From a virus: a DNA stretch of 64,000 nt. Made by a program: the position numbers and the translations under genes. The DNA lies in the IMG/VR virus record IMGVR_UViG_3300012209_000008, positions 2,026 to 66,025 of that record, one strand, 5' to 3'. Below are positions 1-8,890 of this stretch, one piece after another (positions within the stretch are counted from its first letter, which is position 1; every line of letters starts with the position of its first letter). The notes under the pieces were generated by a model. That model was not told the DNA's origin. It saw nothing but the letters and a program-made list of their open reading frames with translations, and searched no databases.

Positions 1-368
1 CGTGGCGGCCCCGGCTGGATGGCCTGCACTTGACGTATGATGGCTCGGGCCTCCTTGTCCGTCAGCCACCGGCTCGGCTTACACCCCCAGGGACAGCGCA
101 TCGCCTTCACCAGTCCGAAGAGCCGACAGAGGATGGGCCGCACGTGGTACACCGAACAGAAGCCATCCGCGGTCAGGAGCGGACAGGTCAACGTGGCGGC
201 CTGCTCCGGCGTCAGCACCAGACGACCGGCCCCCGCCGTCTGCACCACGCGCTCCCACTCCGCCGGGAACATCGGCACCGGGCCGCAGGACTGCTGGCAC
301 TTCCGTTGGCAGTTCAGCCGCGGCAGCCGCAGGTAGATCTGATCTATCGCCGACCCGCGCCAGGTCAT
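1..368 (-). CDS. YkgJ-family cysteine-cluster (putative Fe-S/Zn) protein, 3' end beyond window
   Basis: Translated by hand, absent from the ORF track: MTWRGSAIDQIYLRLPRLNCQRKCQQSCGPVPM...TCPLLTADGFCSVYHVRPILCRLFG...RCPWGC. CxxxCxxxC and CP(L)L-x-C-x-VY-x-RP-x-CR motifs. ATG overlaps the upstream stop (ATGA). Confidence 0.8.
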   Translation of the reverse strand, partial: MTWRGSAIDQIYLRLPRLNCQRKCQQSCGPVPMFPAEWERVVQTAGAGRLVLTPEQAATLTCPLLTADGFCSVYHVRPILCRLFGLVKAMRCPWGCKPSRWLTDKEARAIIRQVQAIQPGPP

Positions 369-730
369 AGCGCCGGAGGTTCGCGGGCCAGGGTAAACTG
401 ATCCAGCAGCTGCACCCCCATCACGGCATAATTGCCCAGATCCAACAGTGTGTCCCGAATGGTCTCTGCTGGCATCTCGGTCGGGGTGCCGTGCCGCAGC
501 CCCTCAAACCACGTCTCCAACCGTTGATACTTACGGTGCAGGTCGGCGTACAACAACAGATAGGCCATTCCGGCGTCCGTCTCGTGATAACGACCTTCGC
601 CATAGGCAAGCACTTTCCGGAGCCGGAGCGTGGCCATCTCATCCAGCACACGCTCGTAAGGCCCTTGTGTTGGAAGCGTCATGGCCGCGGCGAGTCGCGC
701 CTCCCGGTCCAGTACGTCACTTGGCGGCAC
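365..730 (-). CDS. DUF1599 / nucleotide-modification-associated domain 1 protein
   Basis: C-terminal ETIRDTLLDLGNYAVM signature and central DLHRKYQRL. GGAGGAGG SD lies upstream of the GTG. Confidence 0.7.
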   Translation of the reverse strand: MPPSDVLDREARLAAAMTLPTQGPYERVLDEMATLRLRKVLAYGEGRYHETDAGMAYLLLYADLHRKYQRLETWFEGLRHGTPTEMPAETIRDTLLDLGNYAVMGVQLLDQFTLAREPPAL

Positions 731-1085
731 CAGTCACCTCCTCCTTGAGATCAATCCCTTGGAGCTTGGCCAGCACCAGCATCAGCGTCGGCCCGAACAT
801 CTGGAACCACTGATAGCTGGCCAATGTCTCGTCCCGCGCCGTCCGGGCGGACTTTTGGCCGAAGGTCGGGTCGTCAGGCTTAATCTCGCCTTCCCGCGTC
901 CGCGTCACCGAGCGCCGCCACAGGTAGTAACCCGGCCGGAGCCACGCGGCCAACCGCGCCGGATCGGTGGCCAAGGCCTCCACCTCTTCCGCCAAGGGCA
1001 CATTCTGCAAGCGCATCCCCGGCCGCTCGGGCGTCATGAAGGCCGGGTCCACGTAGATCCGCTCTGGCACCAGGGGCTCCGTCAT
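717..1085 (-). CDS. hypothetical protein
   Basis: 122-aa ORF tightly coupled to both neighbours. Confidence 0.6.
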   Translation of the reverse strand: MTEPLVPERIYVDPAFMTPERPGMRLQNVPLAEEVEALATDPARLAAWLRPGYYLWRRSVTRTREGEIKPDDPTFGQKSARTARDETLASYQWFQMFGPTLMLVLAKLQGIDLKEEVTGAAK

Positions 1086-1255
1086 ATCTGGACTTCCTGA
1101 CGGAAGCGCGCAGCCAATGGTGTCCGTGAACCTGCAGGGACCCTTGCCTGCACAGTTGGCACGATTGTCTTTTCAAAGAAGTCCCGCAATTCGTCTGCGG
1201 CGCCTTGATCGGTTACTGGCGCGATGATAGTCATTTCCACCGTATTGCCAGGCAT
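1082..1255 (-). CDS. small hypothetical protein (57 aa)
   Basis: MPGNTVEMTIIAPVTDQGAADELRDFF...QEVQI. Fills the gap with TGATG and ATGA overlaps at both ends. Confidence 0.6.
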   Translation of the reverse strand: MPGNTVEMTIIAPVTDQGAADELRDFFEKTIVPTVQARVPAGSRTPLAARFRQEVQI

Positions 1256-2082
1256 CAGGCCTCCTGTGGCTTGGGTGTCGGCACCGCTTCAAAGCGCGTA
1301 GTTTCCCACGTGGCCTGGATCTCCTCACAGGTGGCCGGCCACCTCTGCTCGAACTCCCGGCCGCCGTCCGCATCCCAATCCCACCGATGGCCGGTCGCTG
1401 GATTGAACACCGCCGGTTTGATCGGGCACTCCTGAAAGTCGGGGAACAAGCAGACGCCGGTCGCCGCGCAGTGCACCCGCAGGAAGGGCTCGGCCCACGG
1501 ATGGATGTCCAGCACCACCTGGCGGATCCGCCGGAACACATCCTGCGTCTCCCCTTGCGTCCGGGTACAGAGTCGGAGCCGCATCTGCTCGCTCAAGGAG
1601 CGGAGGTTGACCTGCATGATGATCTGCGTGGCCACGTTCGTCGGCAGGACTCCGCGGGCATCTTGGGGCGGCGCGCCCGCGGCCAACATCTCCTGGTAGC
1701 CGTCCTTGATCTGAGCCATGGTCAGGCGGTAGATCTGGGCCGCCTCACTGTCCGGCGCCTCCCGCAAGGCGGGCGGCGTAAGGTAGACAAACTCACTCAT
1801 GTCCACCGCGCGTTGGCTCTGCTGGGCATAACTGGCGTGCCGATGGCGCACCAACTGATGCGTGAAGGCACGGGAGACCTCCTGAATCAGGAAGGTGTAG
1901 TTGACCATCTCCCAGGAGGACTGGATGGTGTGGAGGACGTGGCCCAATTCCTTCAGCTTGCGTTCCGCTGGCCAGGCCTTGATCTCATGGAACAAACCCG
2001 CCGTCTGGCTCAGCCGGGTCTGCTTGGTGAACAACAACAGCTCCAGGGCATCCCGGGTGTAGTCCAACAGGATCACATTCAC
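1255..2082 (-). CDS. thyX: FAD-dependent thymidylate synthase
   Basis: ThyX motif RAFTHQLVRHRHASYAQQSQR, plus DARGVLP and NLRSL...RLRLCTRTQGE. C-terminal Cys cluster. Confidence 0.93.
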   Translation of the reverse strand: MNVILLDYTRDALELLLFTKQTRLSQTAGLFHEIKAWPAERKLKELGHVLHTIQSSWEMVNYTFLIQEVSRAFTHQLVRHRHASYAQQSQRAVDMSEFVYLTPPALREAPDSEAAQIYRLTMAQIKDGYQEMLAAGAPPQDARGVLPTNVATQIIMQVNLRSLSEQMRLRLCTRTQGETQDVFRRIRQVVLDIHPWAEPFLRVHCAATGVCLFPDFQECPIKPAVFNPATGHRWDWDADGGREFEQRWPATCEEIQATWETTRFEAVPTPKPQEA

Positions 2083-3026
2083 GACGGCTCCTTCGCAGGG
2101 AACACAGTGGGAAGATGCCAGCGGTAACTACTGCGCTCCTCAATCATCCGCGCCACCAGGTCCAGATCATGCACCACATCATCCAGGAGGATCTGCCGCC
2201 ACGTCGCGAAGCGACCCACGCTGTAGACCCCGAAGCGGTCCGTCATGGCCAGGATGAACGCCCGCCGCACCGGATCCGGAATCGGCTGCAGCTTCCCGTA
2301 ACGCTGATGATGGAGACCAATGGCGGTGTATGCCGTCCGCGACGGCAGTCCAAAACAATCCTGGAGGACGTGCCGCACGGTGATGTCCGGCGTCTCGTGA
2401 ACCAGGTCCGCAAACTCCAACGTGAGGCCAGTGCCGGTGAAACTGGCCCGGTAGGGCAAGTCCTCGATCTCCGGAAAGTAGACCGACTGATACAGGTCCA
2501 CCTCGGGACGGGTCACCAACACCTGCACAGTCCAGATGGATCGGTACTGAAACGGCGGACGGTCCGGCCACTCCACCAGGGCCATCAACTGGTCCATGGG
2601 GATGGTGCTGATCATCGGCCGGGCCCAGTCCTCTGGCAAGTGTTCGGCGGTGAGCGCCGTGTCGTACTGGACGGAGACGCTCCGCGCTAGCTGATCGATG
2701 AAGTCCGGCGGGGCCACCCAGCGCTCCGCCGGGGCCAGGTTCAAGATGCTCCGCTCCTGCACCCGCCCCAGCACCTTCTGGCTGTAGGCATTGGCCATGG
2801 CCAGCGTCGGCGTGGTCACCAACTCTCCCTTCCACCAGGCAGCCTTCTGGACATTCACCTTCCGGAACGGGATGCCAGTGGCCCGGCTCACCGCATCACT
2901 CCGGAAGCGGAGCACCGCACTGTGATTGTTGGGGAGGCTGGGCTGCGCCTCACACACCAACGGCGTGTGCCGCCGGAGGACATGTGCGGCGAGGAGACCC
3001 GCCATCCCGGCGCCCCAAATTATCAC
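2079..3026 (-). CDS. FAD/NAD(P)-dependent oxidoreductase (UDP-galactopyranose-mutase/amine-oxidase-like fold)
   Basis: Rossmann start VIIWGAGMAGLLAA and C-terminal YSVGRFATW. GTG at 3026 has a GGGAGG SD; the track start at 3200 is too far upstream. Confidence 0.75.
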   Translation of the reverse strand: MIIWGAGMAGLLAAHVLRRHTPLVCEAQPSLPNNHSAVLRFRSDAVSRATGIPFRKVNVQKAAWWKGELVTTPTLAMANAYSQKVLGRVQERSILNLAPAERWVAPPDFIDQLARSVSVQYDTALTAEHLPEDWARPMISTIPMDQLMALVEWPDRPPFQYRSIWTVQVLVTRPEVDLYQSVYFPEIEDLPYRASFTGTGLTLEFADLVHETPDITVRHVLQDCFGLPSRTAYTAIGLHHQRYGKLQPIPDPVRRAFILAMTDRFGVYSVGRFATWRQILLDDVVHDLDLVARMIEERSSYRWHLPTVFPAKEPS

Positions 3027-3208
3027 GGTGCCTCCCTGAAGCCGCGGATGGCTTGGAGGACGGCCTGACGGTGGGCCGGACTCCCGCGCGCTACCCGGTA
3101 CAACTCCCAGATCCGATCCCGCAGGGCCTGGGGCACCTGGAACCAGTGGGTCGGGCAAAAGATGCGCCCCATCGCGATCTGGATGTGACAGATTGGACAC
3201 CGGTTCAT
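3023..3208 (-). CDS. small Cys/His (Zn-finger-like) phage protein
   Basis: MNRCPICH...FCPTHWFQVPQALRDRIW. Overlaps both neighbours by 4 nt. Confidence 0.65.
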   Translation of the reverse strand: MNRCPICHIQIAMGRIFCPTHWFQVPQALRDRIWELYRVARGSPAHRQAVLQAIRGFREAP

Positions 3209-3813
3209 ACGTTCTCCAAGAGCACTTCTACCCGCGGGTTGGCCGGGTCCAGATACAACCGAGAGCCATCCCAGCTGACCAGCCACTTGTCATCCTCGAT
3301 CACCTCCCGGACTTGCAACAGATCGGCCAGCCCCTGGTAATAGCCCACCGCGTCCCCCGGGCCGTCCACATCCCGAAAGAAGTAGGCTCGACAGTTGAAC
3401 TCCACCGGCGGCGCCGTCCGACCATCCCACTTCAGCTCCGCCGTCTCACACCACCGGGTCCAGGCCGCGCTCGGGATGTGCACCTTGTGATGGCCCCGCT
3501 GGACCACGGCGCCGTGGTTCTTTTTGGTGCGGGGCGCCCCCAGCACCGTCACCCGGATCCGCAGGGGCCGTTCCGGACTCACCCAGGCCTCCGCGGGAAG
3601 CGTACTCGTGACCACCGTCTCGCCGTTAACCTGACGCACACTGAACACCCCCAAGGGGAAGCGCATGGCCGGGGATTGGGCCGCGGCCTCTGGCGACGCG
3701 AACCGCGCCGCCTCCGCCAGCTTGGCCGTGGTCATCGGGCCGATCCCCGTCATCTTGGCGAACCAGAGCCGCTTGCCCTGGTACCGTTGCGCAGACTCCA
3801 ACACCCAGTCCAT
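3205..3813 (-). CDS. RusA-like Holliday junction resolvase with N-terminal extension
   Basis: GAPRTKKNH...AYFFRDVDGPGDAVGYYQGLADLLQ...IEDDKWL...PRVEV fits the RusA fold pattern. Confidence 0.65.
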   Translation of the reverse strand: MDWVLESAQRYQGKRLWFAKMTGIGPMTTAKLAEAARFASPEAAAQSPAMRFPLGVFSVRQVNGETVVTSTLPAEAWVSPERPLRIRVTVLGAPRTKKNHGAVVQRGHHKVHIPSAAWTRWCETAELKWDGRTAPPVEFNCRAYFFRDVDGPGDAVGYYQGLADLLQVREVIEDDKWLVSWDGSRLYLDPANPRVEVLLENV

Positions 3814-4043
3814 CAGCGCAGCTTGGGGTCAATGCGGATCTGGGCCCCGTCCGCGGTCCGCGCGTCGTCCAGGTACTCCGGCCCATACACGTGGCCGCCG
3901 GTCCGGATCCCAAAGTTCGGCTCCACGCAGCGGCACCGGGCATAGTGCTTGTCGCAGGTCCGGCACCACTTGAACGCTACATATGTGCTGTCGGAGGCTT
4001 GGCGCAACCGGGCGTCGGCGTCGGCACAGCCGCACTGGGCCAC
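3813..4043 (-). CDS. Cys-rich hypothetical protein
   Basis: CGC, CRTC and CRC motifs; GGGAGG SD. Confidence 0.55.
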   Translation of the reverse strand: MAQCGCADADARLRQASDSTYVAFKWCRTCDKHYARCRCVEPNFGIRTGGHVYGPEYLDDARTADGAQIRIDPKLR

Positions 4044-4099
4044 TGCCCTCCCACAATCCCCACAGACGAGCCCTAAGCTCGCGTCTCCTATGTACTCGC

Positions 4100-5857
4100 T
4101 CAGAAAGTGTCTCCTGGTCCTTGCGGGTGATCCAGCAGCTCATCCCACGGCTCCACCCGCAGAAACAAGCTCCGGTCCACCACACTACTCTTGTAGCGAT
4201 GTTTCCCGATATGAATCCCCATCAACCCCGGCACAAGCACCTCGGCCAATGGCATCCGAGCCGCGCGCACCGCGGCCAGTTGTTCCTTCTCCACCCCTGG
4301 TCGGAGCACCTTGTGGAGCATCAGAATCAGGTCCGGCTCCTCCTCCAACGCGCCAGACTGTTTCAGGGCTGTAGTCGGCGGTGGACTCACGAGTGCCAAC
4401 GGCCCTGCTTCTCGCGGGGGACGGTTCGCTTGCGCGGTGAGAAGAATGGTGAGGTGATGTTCCTTGGCCAACTCCTTGGCCCGGCGGACGGTCTCCGTGA
4501 CAGCAGCGGTCAGGTTCCCATTCCCATTGTCCTCGCCGAAGTTCATTCTGAGGATATGATCCAGAATCACAAAACGAAACCCCCACTGGGCAGCTTGTGC
4601 CACATGGGCGGCAAATTGATCGGGCGTCACCCGACCCTGTTCCACAAAGTACAATTGCCCGTGATACCGCTCCCGGAGCCCGCTCACGGCCGCGCTGAGG
4701 CGCGCGGCGATATCTTCCGGCGCCAACTGAAGTTCTTGTGCAAGCCAACTCAGCTCATTCTCCAAGAGCCGAACCGGCGGAATATGTAAGGCCAAGGCAG
4801 CCAAGCGCAGCCACGCCTCCTCTGGCGGCATCTCTGTGGTCAACGCATAGATCCCCCAGCCATGGCTCGCCCAATGAGTAATGCAGTTCATTACGAAGGT
4901 GGTCTTGCCCAAGCCGGGGCGGGCGCCTAACACCACCATCATCGTGCGCCGCAGTTTGCCAAGGGTGGCGTCCAACGTTTTCCACGGCCAGACCGCCAAC
5001 TCCGTCGCGGGCTGGTCGCGGAGCGCATTGGCCCTGGCAATTTGATCCGCCGTAATGCGGTCCCGATCCGCCGCCGATAAGCCGAGCGATCCAGCCTCGG
5101 CGAGGAGTTGCGCCGCCAAATGCTGGTAGACGGGCCCGTGCACAGGCTGATACCGTGCCACATTGGCGGCGATGGCCTGGACCTCCCCCTCCGGCAACGG
5201 TGGGCGGCAGCGCCGCTGGTTTACTGCAAGCAGCGCGATAGCAATCTCCTCCTGTTCCATTCCGCGACGCCGCATGGACCCGGCCAAACTCGTCAACGTG
5301 GTATTGCGTTCGCCGGGAGGGAGCGGCTCGCCCGAGGCCAGCACTACGGGCTCTAGTGTCCCACCGTTCCGGAGCCGCCCAACGATCCCAGCCGGGACAG
5401 AGAGCGCGTCGCTCGTCTTACCGCGCCACCGGTAGACCGTCCCACTGGGATGAATCGACGGGGGCATAATCACATACCCTGCATCGCCCCGGACATCCAC
5501 ATGCGGCGCGAGTACCCGGTTCGCGATGGACCCGCCACCAGGGTGCTGGAACCACAGATGCTGGCCGCGCGCTGTCAGAACCCGGAGCGTCGGAATGGCC
5601 AAGAGTCCCAGACGTTCGGCGGCCACAGTGCCCTCAGCCCCATCCAGATCAAACACCAGATGCCCTGTGCGCCCGGGCACCGCCGCAATGTTGTATTGAG
5701 GGTTCTCCTGCCACCAGCGCTGCACTTGCACTAGATCAGTCGTGGCATCCTTGAAGCCGTTCGGCGTGGCTGGTTCCTTTCCGTGGGCCCGGAGCGGGAA
5801 GATGGGCCAGCCCCGTTGGGCATAGGCAGCTGCGGCGGCTGCCAGATCAATCGACAT
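4100..5857 (-). CDS. primase-helicase: Prim-Pol + PriCT-1 + DnaB-like SF4 helicase
   Basis: N-terminal YAQRGWPIFPL...WWQENPQYNIA...VFDLD...GQHLWF...VDVRGDAGYVIMPPSIHPSG. PPGERNTTL (PriCT). Walker A GARPGLGKTT, VILDHI, LTAQANR and GALEEEPDLILMLH. Confidence 0.92.
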   Translation of the reverse strand: MSIDLAAAAAAYAQRGWPIFPLRAHGKEPATPNGFKDATTDLVQVQRWWQENPQYNIAAVPGRTGHLVFDLDGAEGTVAAERLGLLAIPTLRVLTARGQHLWFQHPGGGSIANRVLAPHVDVRGDAGYVIMPPSIHPSGTVYRWRGKTSDALSVPAGIVGRLRNGGTLEPVVLASGEPLPPGERNTTLTSLAGSMRRRGMEQEEIAIALLAVNQRRCRPPLPEGEVQAIAANVARYQPVHGPVYQHLAAQLLAEAGSLGLSAADRDRITADQIARANALRDQPATELAVWPWKTLDATLGKLRRTMMVVLGARPGLGKTTFVMNCITHWASHGWGIYALTTEMPPEEAWLRLAALALHIPPVRLLENELSWLAQELQLAPEDIAARLSAAVSGLRERYHGQLYFVEQGRVTPDQFAAHVAQAAQWGFRFVILDHILRMNFGEDNGNGNLTAAVTETVRRAKELAKEHHLTILLTAQANRPPREAGPLALVSPPPTTALKQSGALEEEPDLILMLHKVLRPGVEKEQLAAVRAARMPLAEVLVPGLMGIHIGKHRYKSSVVDRSLFLRVEPWDELLDHPQGPGDTF

Positions 5858-6032
5858 CGCTTGGTTCCAAAAATGGACGCCGATAGACCCAGGGTTGGGG
5901 ATTCAGGATCACTACGGCACCTACCACTTCTCCGGCTGCGACGATCAACCGCACCAGTCCGCCGTCAGGCGTCTCGGTTGGCGCGGCTGTCAGAGCTTCC
6001 GCCGTAAACACGGCAGGCTTCCCGTCATTCAT
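5847..6032 (-). CDS. hypothetical protein
   Basis: 61-aa ORF overlapping the primase start. Confidence 0.5.
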   Translation of the reverse strand: MNDGKPAVFTAEALTAAPTETPDGGLVRLIVAAGEVVGAVVILNPQPWVYRRPFLEPSDVD

Positions 6033-6420
6033 AACTTGTCACTCGACGGAGATATTGGTCAGCCGTCTCCTCGGGTCTGGGCTCCCATTGGCTCCCGCCC
6101 CCACGCACTCGGATATGATCCCACGCGCTGAAGGTTGCGGCGAACCGAGCTAGACTAATGAAGTCTGGTGGCGTAGAGCGGAGATAATTGCCCAGATGAC
6201 GCCTGGCCACTGCCACTCCGTGTTGCACATCCAACGGCCGGAGATAGCGCGCCATCATCCCTCCTGGAAGCACACTGCCCGGATACACCACGAGCCATTC
6301 CTCACAATACGGGCCGAGCCAATTGCCCCGCGGCTTCAGGGAGCCTTCTGGGCCTTTGGCTTTCTTGTGCTTGGTCAGTTTTGGTTTCCGAACCTTCTTT
6401 CGGAGCGCCATAGGGCACAA
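6025..6420 (-). CDS. hypothetical protein with basic N-terminus (possible replication accessory)
   Basis: MALRKKVRKPKLTKHKKAKG...; directly upstream of the primase-helicase operon. Confidence 0.55.
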   Translation of the reverse strand: MCPMALRKKVRKPKLTKHKKAKGPEGSLKPRGNWLGPYCEEWLVVYPGSVLPGGMMARYLRPLDVQHGVAVARRHLGNYLRSTPPDFISLARFAATFSAWDHIRVRGGGSQWEPRPEETADQYLRRVTSYE

Positions 6421-6669
6421 TTCGCCCAGGGGTTTAGGTTCGCGATCTACACCTCACAGCAGACAACCAGCCCCTGACGCGGGTCTAGCGGACCTCCTCC
6501 CACAGGAACCTGCTACACTGTGCCGCTTCACCGCGGGCGCTGGGCAGGCGCCTATTTCTGGTTGCACCCACTGCGCGTGTTCTACTATGTTGGAAGGTTC
6601 AGCTGGTGGCGTCGCTCAGCCACCACTGGGGCATCGGCTGACCGGGGCCCCGCACCCGGGTGCACAACA

Positions 6670-6708
6670 AACCGGCGCCAGGATCCCGAAGGAGCCGTGG
6701 CGCCGGTT
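6670..6708 (-). terminator. intrinsic-terminator-like hairpin
   Basis: 11-bp AACCGGCGCCA/TGGCGCCGGTT stem with an inner cUUCGg-capped hairpin on the minus strand, followed by a weak TGTTGT tract. Confidence 0.5.
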
Positions 6709-7027
6709 AGTGGAGCGTCAGTGTCGGTGGAACGTGCCGGTCATGAGAAACCCCCGAGACATCTGAGGCGCGTTTCCGCCCTGCCCGGCAAGCGTAGGCA
6801 GAGGCGAACCGTCAGACGCTCGGGGGTGCCCCGAGGTGCTTGCCTGAAGCTAATGGTGTACCGTCCGCCGCGTCTAGGTCGCGCAACCCAGAAAAATTGC
6901 GGCGTGGCTCCTACGGTAATAACTCGTCCCAATTTTGGAAAGGGGGACCGGGGCGGCGGCCATTCCAGCTGGACGCGGCCGCTCTTGCCTTGGTAGACCC
7001 CAGACCCAGCGACCCCGGTCCTGTCTC

Positions 7028-7633
7028 TTATCTCCTGAAGTCATCGGCTGTCACCGATGCCTTCATCAGATTCCGTTCCAAGGAGGAGTGGAAAACAAAG
7101 TCTGCGGGTCCCATGGCCCGCAATGGCCGTTTCTTAGATGGGTTCGGTGAAGCTGAGGAGGTCTCGGTTGATGGAGGATACCGTTTGGTACTCCGCCGGG
7201 CCGCATCGCTTGCAGCTTGACGTCGTTGCATGCCAAGAAGGCGGCTGGACTCGGTTGGTGCTTTGAGAACGTAGATGCCCGGCTCGGCTTTTCCTGTAAT
7301 GTCAAACACCACAAGCCTGACCCAGGTGTTGGCTGGGGTAATGTAGCGACATGCTAAGTCGCCTTTGATCAGGTAAGAGACCGTTTTACTGATCAAGCTT
7401 CCGCCCACTTCGGGAAGCCGTTTTGCCGCCAGCACCACAGCACAGCGCGCGGGATTGCCCGGTTGAGCGTTACGGATGTCATCCGCAGTCACAACGATAC
7501 CAATGTCCTCGGCCTGATCCTGCACCCATCGTACTTCTGGAAAGAGGCGCGTCAACGTTTGGGCACCCAAGCTATGCTCCCTCAGTTCCTCTACCCGCAT
7601 TTTCTTTATCTCGTGCCCAGATAGGCGCGACAT
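7028..7633 (-). CDS. hypothetical protein (201 aa), lower GC than neighbours
   Basis: ATG at 7633 follows AGGGGG; contains VTADDIRNAQPGNPARCAVVLAAKR. Confidence 0.6.
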   Translation of the reverse strand: MSRLSGHEIKKMRVEELREHSLGAQTLTRLFPEVRWVQDQAEDIGIVVTADDIRNAQPGNPARCAVVLAAKRLPEVGGSLISKTVSYLIKGDLACRYITPANTWVRLVVFDITGKAEPGIYVLKAPTESSRLLGMQRRQAASDAARRSTKRYPPSTETSSASPNPSKKRPLRAMGPADFVFHSSLERNLMKASVTADDFRR

Positions 7634-7644
7634 ACACCCCCCTT

Positions 7645-8316
7645 TTAGGTTGGCAGTAACTCCCGGGCCCGCGCAATCTGGACCTCCAACTGCGCGGTGG
7701 CGTCCGGTCCCTCCTCCGCGGCCACCTTGCGGAGAATGGGCAGCCCGGACTCCACGCTGGCCGCCACCTCCGCGGCAGTAGCCTGACGGCCCTCCGCGAA
7801 CCAGAGGATCCCGCGGGGTGGCCCGATATCCATGAGCCAAGAGCCCTTCCCGTCCGGCACCACCTTGTAGCTCTCACAGATCCAGACCAGCGCCACCCCG
7901 GGGTTGCGCATGATCCCTTCGCCGGGGACCGTGCCACCTTTCGGGAGGTTAGCGTCGCGCCGCTCCGCGCCCGGTCGGGACAAAAAGGGACAGGCTTGGG
8001 CAGAGAAGATGGCACAGGCCACGTGGGCAGGCGGATCCCCGGCCACGCGGTTCACCGCACACATGGGACCGATGGTGAACGCAAAGCGCGGGCCCAACCG
8101 CTTGCCACAGACCCAGCAGAGCCGATGGGCAATCGCGGCATTGCGCTTCCGCCCGTCCGCCACGCGGAAGTCCGGCTGACCGACCCCGGGCTCCGTGGCG
8201 CTGCCGTCGGCCAGGAACCACTGCACGAACCAGGGCACCGGGTAGCCGCGATGATCCACGGGGAGGGTCCGCATCGCGGCGGGCAACACGGGGAGACCGG
8301 GACGAAGCTTGGTCAT
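7645..8316 (-). CDS. conserved Cys/His-rich phage protein
   Basis: RGYPVPWFV...LCWVCGKRL...GPMC...DPPAHVACAIFSAQACPFL, a pattern common in phage and integrative-element proteins. Confidence 0.7.
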   Translation of the reverse strand: MTKLRPGLPVLPAAMRTLPVDHRGYPVPWFVQWFLADGSATEPGVGQPDFRVADGRKRNAAIAHRLCWVCGKRLGPRFAFTIGPMCAVNRVAGDPPAHVACAIFSAQACPFLSRPGAERRDANLPKGGTVPGEGIMRNPGVALVWICESYKVVPDGKGSWLMDIGPPRGILWFAEGRQATAAEVAASVESGLPILRKVAAEEGPDATAQLEVQIARARELLPT

Positions 8317-8531
8317 TGGAGGTGGACCCGCTTAGCAAGCGCCGGGGTCGCCCGCTGGAGCACCAGCGTCGTCCCGTTGGCAGTGATCGTCAAGGAATAG
8401 AAGGCCGTATCGCCCGGGCGCAGCCCGGTCAGGGTCAGGAGCCGTTGGTGCGCGGGCCGCGATTCCGCTTGGAAATCCACCTGACACCCGGTCAGCACAA
8501 CCAGGCTCATCACGACGGTCAACATCTTCAC
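8313..8531 (-). CDS. small lipoprotein
   Basis: MKMLTVVMSLVVLTGC lipobox; GGAGG SD before the GTG. Confidence 0.6.
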   Translation of the reverse strand: MKMLTVVMSLVVLTGCQVDFQAESRPAHQRLLTLTGLRPGDTAFYSLTITANGTTLVLQRATPALAKRVHLQ

Positions 8532-8743
8532 AAATGGTCCTCCCATGTGGGCTCTCCCTGTCGCAGCCATCCGCCCGGGAACCCGCCGCAACGTCCAGCA
8601 GGTCGGCGCCCCTCTCGGAGCGGGCCAGCGTGGTGATGGCTTTGAAGCAACGTTCCGTCCTCTGCGCTCAGCGTAGGTCAGCGTCGAAAGCGTTCCGCGT
8701 TCCGGTGGCTGGGGCCCAGCCTCAGCGTGTAATGGGTGCCCCG

Positions 8744-8874
8744 TTGGGTTGCAGACCCAAGTGCCTTAGCGTTAGGCGATAGGCTCGGTTTCGTGGTGAG
8801 CCTAGGCGGAGTTGAACCGCCATCCCTCGTCGTGTGTGACGCTGCGTTCTCCCGCTTCGCGACCGAAAAGCCCC
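8744..8874 (-). ncRNA. tRNA-like structured RNA, possibly circularly permuted
   Basis: Minus strand order: T-arm GGCGG-TTCAACT-CCGCC; 7-bp TAGGCTC/GAGCCTA stem closed by an 11-nt loop containing ACCA; D-like arm GCC/GGC; TTGGG-TCTGCAA-CCCAA hairpin. Confidence 0.5.
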
Positions 8875-8890
8875 TCCTGGGTGGTGTGCG

